Position numbers and translations under genes: made by a program. A stretch of DNA of 37,380 nucleotides from a virus, in the UHGV virus genome UHGV-0349822; one strand, 5' to 3'. The notes below the pieces were generated by a model, which was not told the origin of the DNA, did no database searches, and was given only the letters and a program-made list of their open reading frames with translations. Positions within the stretch are counted from its first letter, which is position 1, and every line of letters begins with the position of its first letter. This document shows, piece after piece, positions 16,731 to 26,157 of the stretch.

Positions 16731-17185
16731 GCAGAGTCGCAGCGATTATTTATACTCTGGTTATCTGCACCATCGTCTGCCTGTCGTGGGCGGTCAATCA
16801 TTACCGTGATAACGCCATCGCCTACAAAGAGCAGCGCGATAACAAGGCCAGTGAACTGGAGAAGGCGAACGCCACCATCGCTGACATGCGGAAGCGTCAA
16901 CGTGATGTAGCAGAACTCGACGCAAGATACACAAAGGAGCTTGCTGATGCTAACGCGACTATCGAAAGTCTCCGTGCTGATGTTTCTGCTGGGCGTAAGC
17001 GCCTGCAAGTCGCCGCCACCTGTGCAAAGTCAACGACCGGAGCCAGCGGCATGGGCGATGGAGAAAGCCCAGGACTTACAGCAGATGCTGAACTCAATTA
17101 TTACCGTCTCCGAAGTGGAATCGACAAGATAACCGCGCAGGTCAACTACCTGCAGGAGTACATCAGGACGCAGTGCTTAAAATAA
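16727..17185 (+). CDS. Rz: i-spanin Rz
   Basis: GTG start overlapping the endolysin stop; [33 protein letters not shown]... closely parallels lambda Rz. Confidence 0.8.
   Translation: MSRVAAIIYTLVICTIVCLSWAVNHYRDNAIAYKEQRDNKASELEKANATIADMRKRQRDVAELDARYTKELADANATIESLRADVSAGRKRLQVAATCAKSTTGASGMGDGESPGLTADAELNYYRLRSGIDKITAQVNYLQEYIRTQCLK
16941..17132 (+). CDS. Rz1: o-spanin Rz1 (lipoprotein) embedded in the +1 frame of Rz
   Basis: Signal peptide with lipobox (LLGVSAC) then a proline-rich stretch ([13 protein letters not shown]); fully nested in Rz. Confidence 0.7.
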   Translation: MLMLTRLSKVSVLMFLLGVSACKSPPPVQSQRPEPAAWAMEKAQDLQQMLNSIITVSEVESTR

Positions 17186-17225
17186 TTTTAATTTCACTGA
17201 AATTTAATACGTGACTTTCAGGAAA

Positions 17226-17251
17226 ATGCCTCGCAGATGCGGGGCATTTTT
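17226..17251 (+). terminator. intrinsic terminator after the lysis cassette
   Basis: ATGCCTCGC-AGAT-GCGGGGCAT hairpin followed by TTTTT. Confidence 0.6.
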
Positions 17252-17601
17252 GTACAGGTATTTCACCGCGCACCGCAGCGCACTCAACCACGTCGAACCA
17301 AACCCTTTGGAATGAGCCTTTGAGTAGTCAGTTAGTGCTGGTGAGCCTTGACGGGCTGATCTCCTATGCAGCAAAGGTTCATCTCAAAGTAAGGCGAACG
17401 CTATGACAAACCAAGATTCTATAGACCTATCTGATCTTCGTGGAATGGTCAGTTTTCCAGACAAAAGGTAATCACCATAGTCGTATGGCTATGAATCTTG
17501 TTGCTGCAGATAAGCATTTTGTGATTGAAGTGGTCAAATCTCTCAAATGCAGTAAAATGCAGTGCGCTATAATTCAATAACGGAGGGAGTAAGGAGAAGT
17601 C

Positions 17602-18222
17602 ATGAAAGATCAAGATGTTAGGTTCGCGGTGCATCATAAGCTTTTGAAAGAATCGCATTTAGATCCAGACTGCCTTGTGGTCGATGAATTTTCCATATCC
17701 CTTGGCGCCAGTAGAGCAGACATTGCTGTAATAAATGGTGTTATACACGGGTACGAGCTCAAAAGTGAATATGACTCTTTGGAGCGTTTGCCTCTTCAAA
17801 TCAAGCATTATTCTTCTGTAATGGACAAGGTTACTCTTGTCGTAGCTGAGAAACATCTTGAGGGAGCATTAAAGTTAATCCCAGGTTGGTGGGGCGTTAA
17901 AACGGTTTCTGTTGGGCCAAAAGGCGCCATTCTTATAAAGCACATGCGTGGAGAAAAGCTTAATCGAAACCATGACACATTGATGCTCGCTCAATTGCTT
18001 TGGAAAGATGAATGTATCGACGTACTTGAACGATGGGGCTATTCCAAAGGAATCAAAAGCAAGCCCCGATTTGAGTTATGGAATATTATTGCGGAAAATA
18101 TTCCAATAGCGAATCTCAGGCTTGAAGTCAGAACAGCCTTAAAGAAACGCGTAGGCTGGAAAGTTAAGGCTTGGCAGGCTGAGTCTGCGCCAACCAATAA
18201 AGCTGTTTCACGACTAACGTAA
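17602..18222 (+). CDS. cargo protein A (206 aa) with PD-(D/E)xK-like motif (putative restriction-endonuclease-fold nuclease)
   Basis: AGGAGAAG Shine-Dalgarno; motif E29...D40-x11-E52-L-K54 (VVDEF...RADIAVINGVIHGYELK); AT-rich, with several ATA/AGA/AGG codons. Confidence 0.6.
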   Translation: MKDQDVRFAVHHKLLKESHLDPDCLVVDEFSISLGASRADIAVINGVIHGYELKSEYDSLERLPLQIKHYSSVMDKVTLVVAEKHLEGALKLIPGWWGVKTVSVGPKGAILIKHMRGEKLNRNHDTLMLAQLLWKDECIDVLERWGYSKGIKSKPRFELWNIIAENIPIANLRLEVRTALKKRVGWKVKAWQAESAPTNKAVSRLT

Positions 18223-19231
18223 TATGGTGCGTATGTGCAACTTTACGCCATTCTTTAGAGCCGCCAGATTTGTTAGCGCCTAATGATCTTTGGTAAATGT
18301 AATCATCCCCCCAACTAAATTTGGAACCAAAGACTTGATACTCTGGCGAACTAACAAGGGTAGTACATAAGTTTTTAGTTTGGCCCCATCCATTTCCTTT
18401 AACTGCGGTACCTTTTACAAAGATCCATGAGGTATCGTTCGAATATCTCACTGAGACATACTGAGACATGAAGCGTGGGTCTACGCTCGTAATGGTAGAG
18501 CTAGCGGTGGGATAATCACTAAAACTTGGCGTTCTTCCATTGCTAAAATTCTGTACTACGTGCATCCAAAGATCGTATTCATGGCGCGGAATATGATGAA
18601 CTTGATGTTGCGGTATCCCTGCCTGTGATGCTGGGTATGCGGTTGAAGATAAAATCAAGTTTCTCCACGGAGCTTGGCCTGATAATGTGTTGACCATGCT
18701 TAATGCTTGTTGTTTTAAACTATCAGTTGCGTTTTGAATATCTCCAAAATCAATGATTACATCAATTAAACTAGGATGAATATTTAAGTGGTTAACCAGA
18801 CTTGTGAATTGGTGCCATGTCTGGGGGGTGATAGATATAGCGAGCCCATTGATTAAGTTGCGTTGAACAGCATGTATATAGTTTGTTGAATATGCGGGAG
18901 AAACAACAGGGATAATTTCCTTACCATTTACTCTAGCATCTTGGATACACATATCTAGAGGATGATGGCGGCTCGAACCATGTTTATCTAAATATTTAAC
19001 ATCCAGCAAAACAGGACGATTGGCTTTCCAGGATGCCGCAAGGTTAATACCGAAGTCAGATAAGTAAGAACTCAAACTCTTCTTGTAGCATTCGTTTTCA
19101 TAATCCCAGTCTATGTCTGGAATGGTAATGATCGGAGTAAAACCAGAGAGCGTAGTTTGATCTAAAAGCATCAGAGATTCATATTCAGCAGGCTTCCATT
19201 TCAGCTGTGGATAATATTGATGTTGACTCAT
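18164..19231 (-). CDS. cargo protein B (355 aa), unknown function, convergent partner of protein A
   Basis: ORF in track with AAGGAG Shine-Dalgarno 7 nt upstream of ATG; AT-rich; 3' end overlaps protein A by 59 bp. Confidence 0.6.
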   Translation of the reverse strand: MSQHQYYPQLKWKPAEYESLMLLDQTTLSGFTPIITIPDIDWDYENECYKKSLSSYLSDFGINLAASWKANRPVLLDVKYLDKHGSSRHHPLDMCIQDARVNGKEIIPVVSPAYSTNYIHAVQRNLINGLAISITPQTWHQFTSLVNHLNIHPSLIDVIIDFGDIQNATDSLKQQALSMVNTLSGQAPWRNLILSSTAYPASQAGIPQHQVHHIPRHEYDLWMHVVQNFSNGRTPSFSDYPTASSTITSVDPRFMSQYVSVRYSNDTSWIFVKGTAVKGNGWGQTKNLCTTLVSSPEYQVFGSKFSWGDDYIYQRSLGANKSGGSKEWRKVAHTHHITLVVKQLYWLAQTQPAKP

Positions 19232-19454
19232 TAAAACTCCTTAAAATCTTTACTTATCCTAAGTATAGTGTTATGGCGTAACGCCAATTGTTTTTATACA
19301 CTTGAAAACATTAGGAAAAGTTGAGCTATATCTAAATTTACAAAATTGGATGTTATAGAAATCGAGGTTTCAACTAGGCATGGAACTGCAAAATTTTTAA
19401 TGCCTGCACGCGAAAGTCGTTGGCGGGTCCTTTCCGGTGATCCAGACCGTTACG

Positions 19455-19466
19455 GGGCGGCGACCT
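19455..19466. other. cos cohesive-end site (cosN), with cosQ-like and cosB-like flanks
   Basis: GGGCGGCGACCT is identical to the lambda 12-nt cohesive end; flanks (CGTTGGCGGGTCCTTTCCGGTGATCC...GTTACG upstream; CGCGGTTTTTCACTATTTATGAAAATTTT downstream) parallel the lambda genome ends; inverted repeats at about 19561-19615 resemble Nu1 R-sites. Confidence 0.75.
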
Positions 19467-19641
19467 CGCGGTTTTTCACTATTTATGAAAATTTTTCAGG
19501 GAAAATCGTGTCGGTACTTCTCGAATATAACTTTTTGTTTTTTTTAATATTGCATTCATAAATGTCCGACATGAAAGTGTCCGAAAATGCCTTTTTCTGG
19601 CGTTTTCATGTCGGGCCTTGTATTTGATAATGGGTTGTTCT

Positions 19642-20190
19642 ATGAAGGTTAATAAAAAGAGGCTTGCCGAAATTTTTAACGTGGACCCGCGGACGATTGA
19701 ACGCTGGCAGTCTCAGGGGCTCCCTTGCGTCTCCAAAGGCAGTAAGGGCATTGAATCTGTATTTGATACTGCCATGGCAATTCAGTGGTATGCGCAGAGG
19801 GAAACTGATATCGAAAACGAAAAGCTCCGCAAAGAACTGGCCGATTTGCGTGCGGCAGCGGAGTCAGATTTACAACCCGGCACCATTGACTATGAACGCT
19901 ACCGGCTCACAAAAGCGCAGGCAGATGCGCAGGAACTGAAAAATGCCCGTGAAGACGGAGTGGTGCTGGAAACTGAACTGTTTACCTTTATTCTGCAACG
20001 TGTGGCACAGGAGATTTCGGGGATACTTGTGCGTGTGCCGTTGACATTACAGCGTAAATATCCGGACATTTCACCATCACACCTTGATGTGGTGAAAACT
20101 GAAATCGCGAAAGCCTCCAATGTTGCAGCTAAGGCCGGTGAAAACGTGGGCGGGTGGATCGATGATTTCAGACGCACAGAAGGCAGCTAA
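19642..20190 (+). CDS. nu1: terminase small subunit (lambda Nu1-like)
   Basis: [28 protein letters not shown]...[28 protein letters not shown]... closely parallels lambda gpNu1. Confidence 0.85.
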   Translation: MKVNKKRLAEIFNVDPRTIERWQSQGLPCVSKGSKGIESVFDTAMAIQWYAQRETDIENEKLRKELADLRAAAESDLQPGTIDYERYRLTKAQADAQELKNAREDGVVLETELFTFILQRVAQEISGILVRVPLTLQRKYPDISPSHLDVVKTEIAKASNVAAKAGENVGGWIDDFRRTEGS

Positions 20191-20978
20191 TGCAGCCGGT
20201 GCGATAGCTACAGGGCTTTTATCTCTCATTATTCCTGTTCCACTGACGACAGTTCAGTGGGCCAATAAACATTATTACCTTCCTAAAGAGTCGTCTTATA
20301 CCCCGGGGCGGTGGGAAACACTGCCGTTTCAGGTTGGCATCATGAACTGTATGGGCAACGATTTGATTCGCACTGTTAACCTGATTAAATCTGCCCGTGT
20401 TGGTTATACAAAGATGTTGCTGGGAGTGGAGGCTTATTTTATTGAGCGGGGGGATCGATGGCGAAATTGTCTATCAGAGGTCAAAAAAACACGGTGTTTT
20501 CCGGGTGCTGCCGGTAAAAGGTGCATCTGTTTATGGCAAGCCGGTGATCACCATGCCAAAAACCCGCAATCAGCGGGGCGTGTATCTGTGCGAAGTGGGG
20601 ACGGACACCGCAAAAGAAATTCTCTATGCCCGTATGAAAGCCGATCCCACGCCTGCGGATGAAGCCACGTCGTATGCCATCCGTTTTCCTGATGATCCGG
20701 AGATTTTTTCGCAGACAGAGGCGCAGCAACTGGTGGCGGAAGAGCTTGTGGAGAAGTGGGAAAAAGGAAAGATGCGTCTGCTGTGGGATAACAAAAAGCG
20801 GCGTAACGAAGCGCTGGACTGCCTGGTGTATGCCTACGCGGCATTACGTGTGTCCGTGCAACGCTGGCAGCTTGATCTGGCTGTACTGGCAAAATCCCGG
20901 GAAGAAGAGACGACCCGGCCAACCCTTAAAGAACTGGCAGCGAAGCTGTCCGGAGGAGTGAATGGTTACAGTCGCTGA
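20162..20978 (+). pseudogene. A: terminase large subunit (lambda gpA-like) with about 1.1 kb internal out-of-frame deletion
   Basis: N-terminal ~95 aa (to ...LGVEAYFIE, 20162-20446) and C-terminal ~175 aa (GGIDGEIVYQRSKKHG... to 20978) both match lambda gpA but lie in different frames. Nu1-to-W distance is ~0.77 kb versus ~1.9 kb in lambda. Confidence 0.8.
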
Positions 20979-21168
20979 ACTGCAGGCGCTGCGTCAGGCG
21001 CGCCTTGATTTATTAACCGGTAAACGGGTGGTGTCTGTTCAGAAAGATGGTCGCAGAATTGAATATACGGCAGCTTCTCTGGATGAGCTTAACCGGGCGA
21101 TCAATGATGCGGAGTCGGTACTGGGGACAACCCGCCGTCGCCGTCGTCCGCTGGGAGTGAGGTTATGA
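20962..21168 (+). CDS. W: head-tail joining protein gpW
   Basis: 68 aa; LTGKRVVSVQKDGRRIEYTAASL matches lambda gpW. Confidence 0.85.
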   Translation: MVTVAELQALRQARLDLLTGKRVVSVQKDGRRIEYTAASLDELNRAINDAESVLGTTRRRRRPLGVRL

Positions 21169-22757
21169 AACGAACGCCTGTCCTGATTGATGTGAACGGC
21201 GTTCCGCTTCGGGAGAGCCTCAGCTACACCGGTGGCGGTGCAGGATTTGGCGGGCAAATGGCAGAGTGGTTGCCACCCTCGCAGAGTGCCGATGCGGCCC
21301 TGCTGCCCGCGTTGCGTCTGGGGAATGCCCGTGCAGATGATCTGGTGCGCAATAACGGAATAGCGGCCAATGCGGTGGCCCTGCATAAGGATCACATTGT
21401 CGGGCATATGTTTCTGATTAGCTACCGTCCGAACTGGCGCTGGCTGGGGATGCGGGAGACCGCGGCAAAAAGTTTTGTCGATGAGGTGGAGGCGGCCTGG
21501 TCAGAATACGCAGAAGGGATGTTTGGTGAGATCGACGTGGAAGGGAAACGCACGTTTACGGAATTTATCCGTGAAGGTGTGGGCGTTCATGCGTTTAACG
21601 GCGAAATCTTTGTGCAGCCGGTCTGGGATACGGAGAGTACGCAACTGTTTCGTACGCGTTTTAAAGCCGTGAGTCCGAAACGGGTGGACACGCCAGGACA
21701 CGGTATCGGGAACCGTTTTCTGCGGGCCGGTGTGGAGGTTGATCGATATGGCCGTGCCGTTGCGTACCATATCTGTGAGGATGATTTTCCTCGCTCCGGG
21801 AGTGGACGATGGGAACGGATCCCGCGTGAACTACCCACCGGGCGTCCGGCCATGCTGCATATTTTCGAGCCGGTGGAGGACGGGCAGACCCGTGGAGCCA
21901 ATCAGTTTTACAGCGTTATGGAACGGCTGAAGATGCTGGATTCCCTGCAGGCAACACAGCTTCAGTCGGCCATAGTGAAGGCGATGTATGCAGCGACGAT
22001 TGAAAGTGACCTTGATACCGAAAAGGCCTTTGAATATATCGCCGGTGCGCCGCAGGGGCAGAAGGATAATCCGCTTATTAATATTCTGGATAAGTTCTCC
22101 ACCTGGTATGACACGAATAGCGTGACGCTGGGCGGTGTCAAAATTCCGCACCTTTTCCCCGGTGATGATCTGAAACTTCAGACCGCGCAGGATTCAGACA
22201 ATGGATTTTCGGCGCTTGAACAGGCGCTGCTGCGGTATATCGCCGCCGGTCTTGGCGTTTCCTACGAACAGTTGTCCCGTGATTACTCGAAGGTCAGTTA
22301 CTCAAGTGCCCGCGCATCCGCCAATGAGTCGTGGCGCTATTTTATGGGGCGGCGAAAATTTATTGCGTCCCGGCTGGCCACGCAGATGTTTTCCTGCTGG
22401 CTGGAAGAGGCACTTCTTCGGGGGATTATTCGTCCGCCACGGGCACGGTTTGATTTTTATCAGGCGCGATCAGCCTGGTCACGGGCTGAGTGGATTGGAG
22501 CCGGAAGAATGGCCATTGACGGGCTCAAGGAGGTTCAGGAATCAGTGATGCGCATTGAGGCCGGACTGAGCACGTATGAGAAAGAGCTGGCGCTGATGGG
22601 CGAGGATTATCAGGACATTTTCCGCCAGCAGGTCAGGGAATCTGCAGAGCGGGAAAAAGCCGGACTCTCACGTCCGGTGTGGATAGCGCAGGCGTATCAG
22701 CAGCAGATAGCGGAGAGTCGCAGGCCGGAAGAGGAGACAACACCACGTGAGACGTAA
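21165..22757 (+). CDS. B: portal protein gpB
   Basis: 530 aa; extensive match to lambda gpB (e.g. FEPVEDGQTRGAN, LLRYIAAGLGVSYEQLSR, GRMAIDGLKEVQE). Confidence 0.9.
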   Translation: MKRTPVLIDVNGVPLRESLSYTGGGAGFGGQMAEWLPPSQSADAALLPALRLGNARADDLVRNNGIAANAVALHKDHIVGHMFLISYRPNWRWLGMRETAAKSFVDEVEAAWSEYAEGMFGEIDVEGKRTFTEFIREGVGVHAFNGEIFVQPVWDTESTQLFRTRFKAVSPKRVDTPGHGIGNRFLRAGVEVDRYGRAVAYHICEDDFPRSGSGRWERIPRELPTGRPAMLHIFEPVEDGQTRGANQFYSVMERLKMLDSLQATQLQSAIVKAMYAATIESDLDTEKAFEYIAGAPQGQKDNPLINILDKFSTWYDTNSVTLGGVKIPHLFPGDDLKLQTAQDSDNGFSALEQALLRYIAAGLGVSYEQLSRDYSKVSYSSARASANESWRYFMGRRKFIASRLATQMFSCWLEEALLRGIIRPPRARFDFYQARSAWSRAEWIGAGRMAIDGLKEVQESVMRIEAGLSTYEKELALMGEDYQDIFRQQVRESAEREKAGLSRPVWIAQAYQQQIAESRRPEEETTPRET

Positions 22758-24252
22758 TCTTTCACACATTATTGCAGCAGCATTCAATGAACCGCTGCTT
22801 CTGGAGCCCGCCTATGCGCGGGTTTTCTTTTGCGCGCTGGGGCGCGAGATGGGGGCAGCAAGTCTTTCGGTACCGCAACAGCAGGTACAGCTTGATGCTC
22901 CCGGGATGCTGGCTGAAACGGACGAGTACATGGCCGGAGGTAAACGACCGGCCCGTGTTTACCGGGTGGTGAACGGTATTGCGGTACTGCCGGTGACCGG
23001 CACGCTGGTGCACCGGCTGGGGGGGATGCGGCCATTTTCCGGAATGACTGGCTATGACGGCATTGTCGCCTGTCTTCAGCAGGCAATGGCAGATAGCCAG
23101 GTGCGGGGCATACTGCTGGACATTGACAGTCCGGGCGGGCAGGCCGCCGGCGCGTTTGACTGCGCTGACATGATTTACCGCCTCCGGCAGCAGAAGCCGG
23201 TCTGGGCACTGTGTAATGACACGGCCTGTTCTGCGGCCATGCTGCTGGCGTCGGCCTGCTCCCGACGGCTGGTTACCCAGACATCCCGTATCGGTTCCAT
23301 TGGCGTGATGATGAGCCATGTCAGCTATGCCGGTCATCTGGCGCAGGCCGGTGTGGATATCACGCTGATTTACTCAGGGGCGCACAAGGTGGATGGCAAT
23401 CAGTTTGAAGCGTTGCCGGCAGAGGTTCGCCAGGACATGCAGCAGCGGATTGATGCGGCGCGCCGGATGTTTGCCGAAAAAGTGGCGATGTTTACCGGTC
23501 TGTCTATTGATGCAGTCACGGGAACAGAGGCCGCTGTTTTTGAAGGTCAGTCCGGCATTGAGGCCGGGCTGGCGGATGAATTAATCAATGCGTCGGATGC
23601 CATCAGTGTGATGGCCACGGCGCTGAACAGTAATGTCAGAGGAGGCACTATGCCGCAATTAACTGCAACGGAAGCCGCCGTGCAGGAGAACCAGCGAGTG
23701 ATGGGGATCCTGACATGCCAGGAAGCGAAAGGACGTGAACAGCTTGCCACGATGCTGGCAGGGCAACAGGGCATGAGCGTTGAACAGGCCCGGGCGATTC
23801 TGGCCGCGGCGGCACCGCAGCAGCCGGTGGCATCCGCGCAGAGTGAAGCCGATCGCATTATGGCGTGTGAAGAAGCGAACGGTCGTGAACAACTGGCGGC
23901 AACGCTGGCGGCGATGCCGGAGATGACGGTGGAAAAAGCCCGCCCGATCCTGGCGGCTGCACCACTGGCGGATGCCGGGCCCTCACTTCGTGATCAGATC
24001 ATGGCCCTGGATGAGGCAAAAGGGGCAGAAGCGCAGGCTGAAAAACTGGCGGCCTGCCCGGGAATGACCGTGGAGAGCGCCCGGGCTGTGCTGGCTGCGG
24101 GATCAGGTAAGGCAGAACCGGTCTCTGCATCCACAACCGCCCTGTTTGAACATTTCATGGCGAACCATTCACCGGCTGCGGTCCAGGGGGGCGTGTCACA
24201 GGCGTCAGAAGACGGTGATGCGGACGTGAAAATGCTCATGGCCATGCCATGA
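22747..24252 (+). CDS. C: head maturation protease / scaffold gpC (S49 family)
   Basis: 501 aa; GTG start; matches lambda gpC (AFNEPLLLEPAYARVFF, GIAVLPVTGTLV, VWALCND, TLIYSGAHKVDGN). Confidence 0.85.
   Translation: MRRNLSHIIAAAFNEPLLLEPAYARVFFCALGREMGAASLSVPQQQVQLDAPGMLAETDEYMAGGKRPARVYRVVNGIAVLPVTGTLVHRLGGMRPFSGMTGYDGIVACLQQAMADSQVRGILLDIDSPGGQAAGAFDCADMIYRLRQQKPVWALCNDTACSAAMLLASACSRRLVTQTSRIGSIGVMMSHVSYAGHLAQAGVDITLIYSGAHKVDGNQFEALPAEVRQDMQQRIDAARRMFAEKVAMFTGLSIDAVTGTEAAVFEGQSGIEAGLADELINASDAISVMATALNSNVRGGTMPQLTATEAAVQENQRVMGILTCQEAKGREQLATMLAGQQGMSVEQARAILAAAAPQQPVASAQSEADRIMACEEANGREQLAATLAAMPEMTVEKARPILAAAPLADAGPSLRDQIMALDEAKGAEAQAEKLAACPGMTVESARAVLAAGSGKAEPVSASTTALFEHFMANHSPAAVQGGVSQASEDGDADVKMLMAMP
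23690..24110 (+). repeat. three tandem in-frame copies of a roughly 45-aa module in the C-terminal scaffold region of gpC
   Basis: RVMGILTCQEAKGREQLATMLAGQQGMSVEQARAILAAA / RIMACEEANGREQLAATLAAMPEMTVEKARPILAAA / QIMALDEAKGAEAQAEKLAACPGMTVESARAVLAAG; lambda C is remembered as having one copy. Confidence 0.5.
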
Positions 24253-24288
24253 AGTCAGTGCTGAACATCAATACGAGGTTTTAACAAT

Positions 24289-24636
24289 ATGGTGACGAAA
24301 ACCATCACTGAACAGCGTGCGGAAGTACGTATTTTTGCCGGTAATGATCCGGCTCACACCGCCACAGGCAGCAGCGGGATTTCCTCGGCAACACCGGCAC
24401 TGACACCCCTGATGCTGGATGGGGCCACCGGGAAACTGGTGGTCTGGGACGGACAGAAAGCCGGTAGTGCGGTTGGCATACTGGTACTGCCGCTTGAAGG
24501 CACAGAGGCGGTGCTGACCTATTACAAGTCGGGGACCTTTGCGACGGAGGCAATCCGCTGGCCTGAAAGTGTGGATGAACACAAAAAGGCCAACGCCTTT
24601 ACCGGCAGTGCCCTGAGTCACGCGGCGCTGCCGTAA
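24289..24636 (+). CDS. D: head decoration protein gpD
   Basis: 115 aa; DPAHTATG...TPLMLDG...YKSGTF matches lambda gpD. Confidence 0.85.
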   Translation: MVTKTITEQRAEVRIFAGNDPAHTATGSSGISSATPALTPLMLDGATGKLVVWDGQKAGSAVGILVLPLEGTEAVLTYYKSGTFATEAIRWPESVDEHKKANAFTGSALSHAALP

Positions 24637-24693
24637 CACGTTATCAGGCCACCGCGTTGGCCTGACTGATTTCTTAATGAAAGGAACTGATTT

Positions 24694-25722
24694 ATGGGAT
24701 TGTTTACGACCCGCCAGTTACTCGGTTATACCGAACAAAAAGTTAAATTCCGTGCGCTGTTTCTGGAGCTGTTTTTCCGCCGTACGGTGAATTTCCACAC
24801 CGAAGAGGTGATGCTGGACAAAATTACCGGAAAAACGCCGGTGGCGGCCTATGTCTCCCCGATCGTTGAAGGAAAAGTGCTTCGCCATCGCGGTGGTGAA
24901 ACCCGCGTGTTACGTCCGGGCTACGTCAAGCCCAAACACGAATTTAATTACCAGCAGGCGGTTGAGCGCCTTCCTGGTGAAGATCCGGCTCAGCTGAACG
25001 ACCCGGCCTACCGTCGTCTGCGTATCATTACCGATAACCTCAAACAGGAAGAGCACGCCATTGTCCAGGTGGAAGAAATGCAGGCGGTGAATGCCGTGCT
25101 GTATGGCAAATACACCATGGAAGGGGAACAGTTTGACACGGTCGAGGTGGATTTCGGACGCTCTGAAGGAAATAACATTGAGCAGGCCGACGGTAAAAAA
25201 TGGTCTGAGCAGGACCGTGATACGTTTGATCCGACGCATGATATTGACCTTTACTGCGATCAGGCCAGCGGTCTTGTGAATATTGCCATTATGGACGGTA
25301 CGGTCTGGCGTCTGCTGAATGGCTTTAAGCTGTTCCGCGAAAAACTGGATACCCGTCGCGGCTCAAATTCACAACTCGAAACGGCAGTGAAAGACCTGGG
25401 AGCGGTGGTGTCTTTCAAAGGGTATTACGGTGATCTGGCCATTGTGGTGGCGAAAACGTCTTATGTGGCAGACGACGGTACCGAAAAACGTTATCTGCCG
25501 GTGGGCACACTGGTCCTGGGGAATACGGCAGCAGAGGGCATTCGTTGCTATGGTGCCATTCAGGATGCGCAGGCGTTGTCCGAAGGTGTGGTGGCCTCTT
25601 CCCGTTATCCGAAACACTGGCTGACTGTGGGCGATCCGGCCCGTGAATTCACCATGACGCAGTCCGCACCGCTGATGGTGCTGCCGGATCCGGATGAGTT
25701 TGTGGTGGTGCAGGTGAAATAA
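24694..25722 (+). CDS. E: major capsid protein gpE
   Basis: 342 aa; closely parallels lambda gpE (LDTRRGSNS.LETAVKDLG, GDPAREFTM.QSAPLM). Confidence 0.9.
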   Translation: MGLFTTRQLLGYTEQKVKFRALFLELFFRRTVNFHTEEVMLDKITGKTPVAAYVSPIVEGKVLRHRGGETRVLRPGYVKPKHEFNYQQAVERLPGEDPAQLNDPAYRRLRIITDNLKQEEHAIVQVEEMQAVNAVLYGKYTMEGEQFDTVEVDFGRSEGNNIEQADGKKWSEQDRDTFDPTHDIDLYCDQASGLVNIAIMDGTVWRLLNGFKLFREKLDTRRGSNSQLETAVKDLGAVVSFKGYYGDLAIVVAKTSYVADDGTEKRYLPVGTLVLGNTAAEGIRCYGAIQDAQALSEGVVASSRYPKHWLTVGDPAREFTMTQSAPLMVLPDPDEFVVVQVK

Positions 25723-25730
25723 TCCGTGAG

Positions 25731-25759
25731 CGGGGGCGAAATGCCCCCGTGTCTTTTTT
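25731..25759 (+). terminator. intrinsic terminator/attenuator after the major capsid gene
   Basis: CGGGGGC-GAAAT-GCCCCCG hairpin followed by TGTCTTTTTT. Confidence 0.55.
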
Positions 25760-25773
25760 CACAGGAGGCTGAG

Positions 25774-26157
25774 ATGGCAACAAAAGAAGAAAATCTGAAT
25801 CGTCTTCGTCAACTGGCTGGCCTGCTGGGGCGCGAGGCGGATATGTCGGGGAGTGCTGCGGATATTGCGCAACGTGTGTCTGAGTGGGAAGAGGAGCTTG
25901 CTGTTTCCCCGGAGGGCATTATGCACTCTGATGAGAGCGGGGCTGATCAAAATCACACAGACGATGGTGAGCAGTTGAACAACACGGATGCTCCGGATGA
26001 TGTTAAAGCCGTCCGGGTACGGAAGTGCCTGCAAGTAATGGGGTATTGCCCGGAGACAGGTCGTCCCGTTGAGCTGGCGTTACGGGGTATGCGTGTTCTG
26101 GTGCCATCATCACTGGCAACGGCCATGATACAGCACGGAACGGCTGAATATGCGTGA
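25774..26157 (+). CDS. FI: DNA-packaging/head assembly protein FI-like
   Basis: ATG after AGGAGG within track ORF 25726-26157; acidic protein at the lambda FI position. Confidence 0.65.
   Translation: MATKEENLNRLRQLAGLLGREADMSGSAADIAQRVSEWEEELAVSPEGIMHSDESGADQNHTDDGEQLNNTDAPDDVKAVRVRKCLQVMGYCPETGRPVELALRGMRVLVPSSLATAMIQHGTAEYA

Noticed and set aside
17252-17601. bor lipoprotein gene, which follows Rz in lambda
   Set aside because: No reverse-strand lipoprotein ORF with signal peptide and lipobox is present; ORF 17449-17658 has no such features and overlaps the gene A start.
19346-19561. 71-aa plus-strand ORF
   Set aside because: It spans the cos site and the Nu1-binding region, which are non-coding in lambda, and has no ribosome-binding site.
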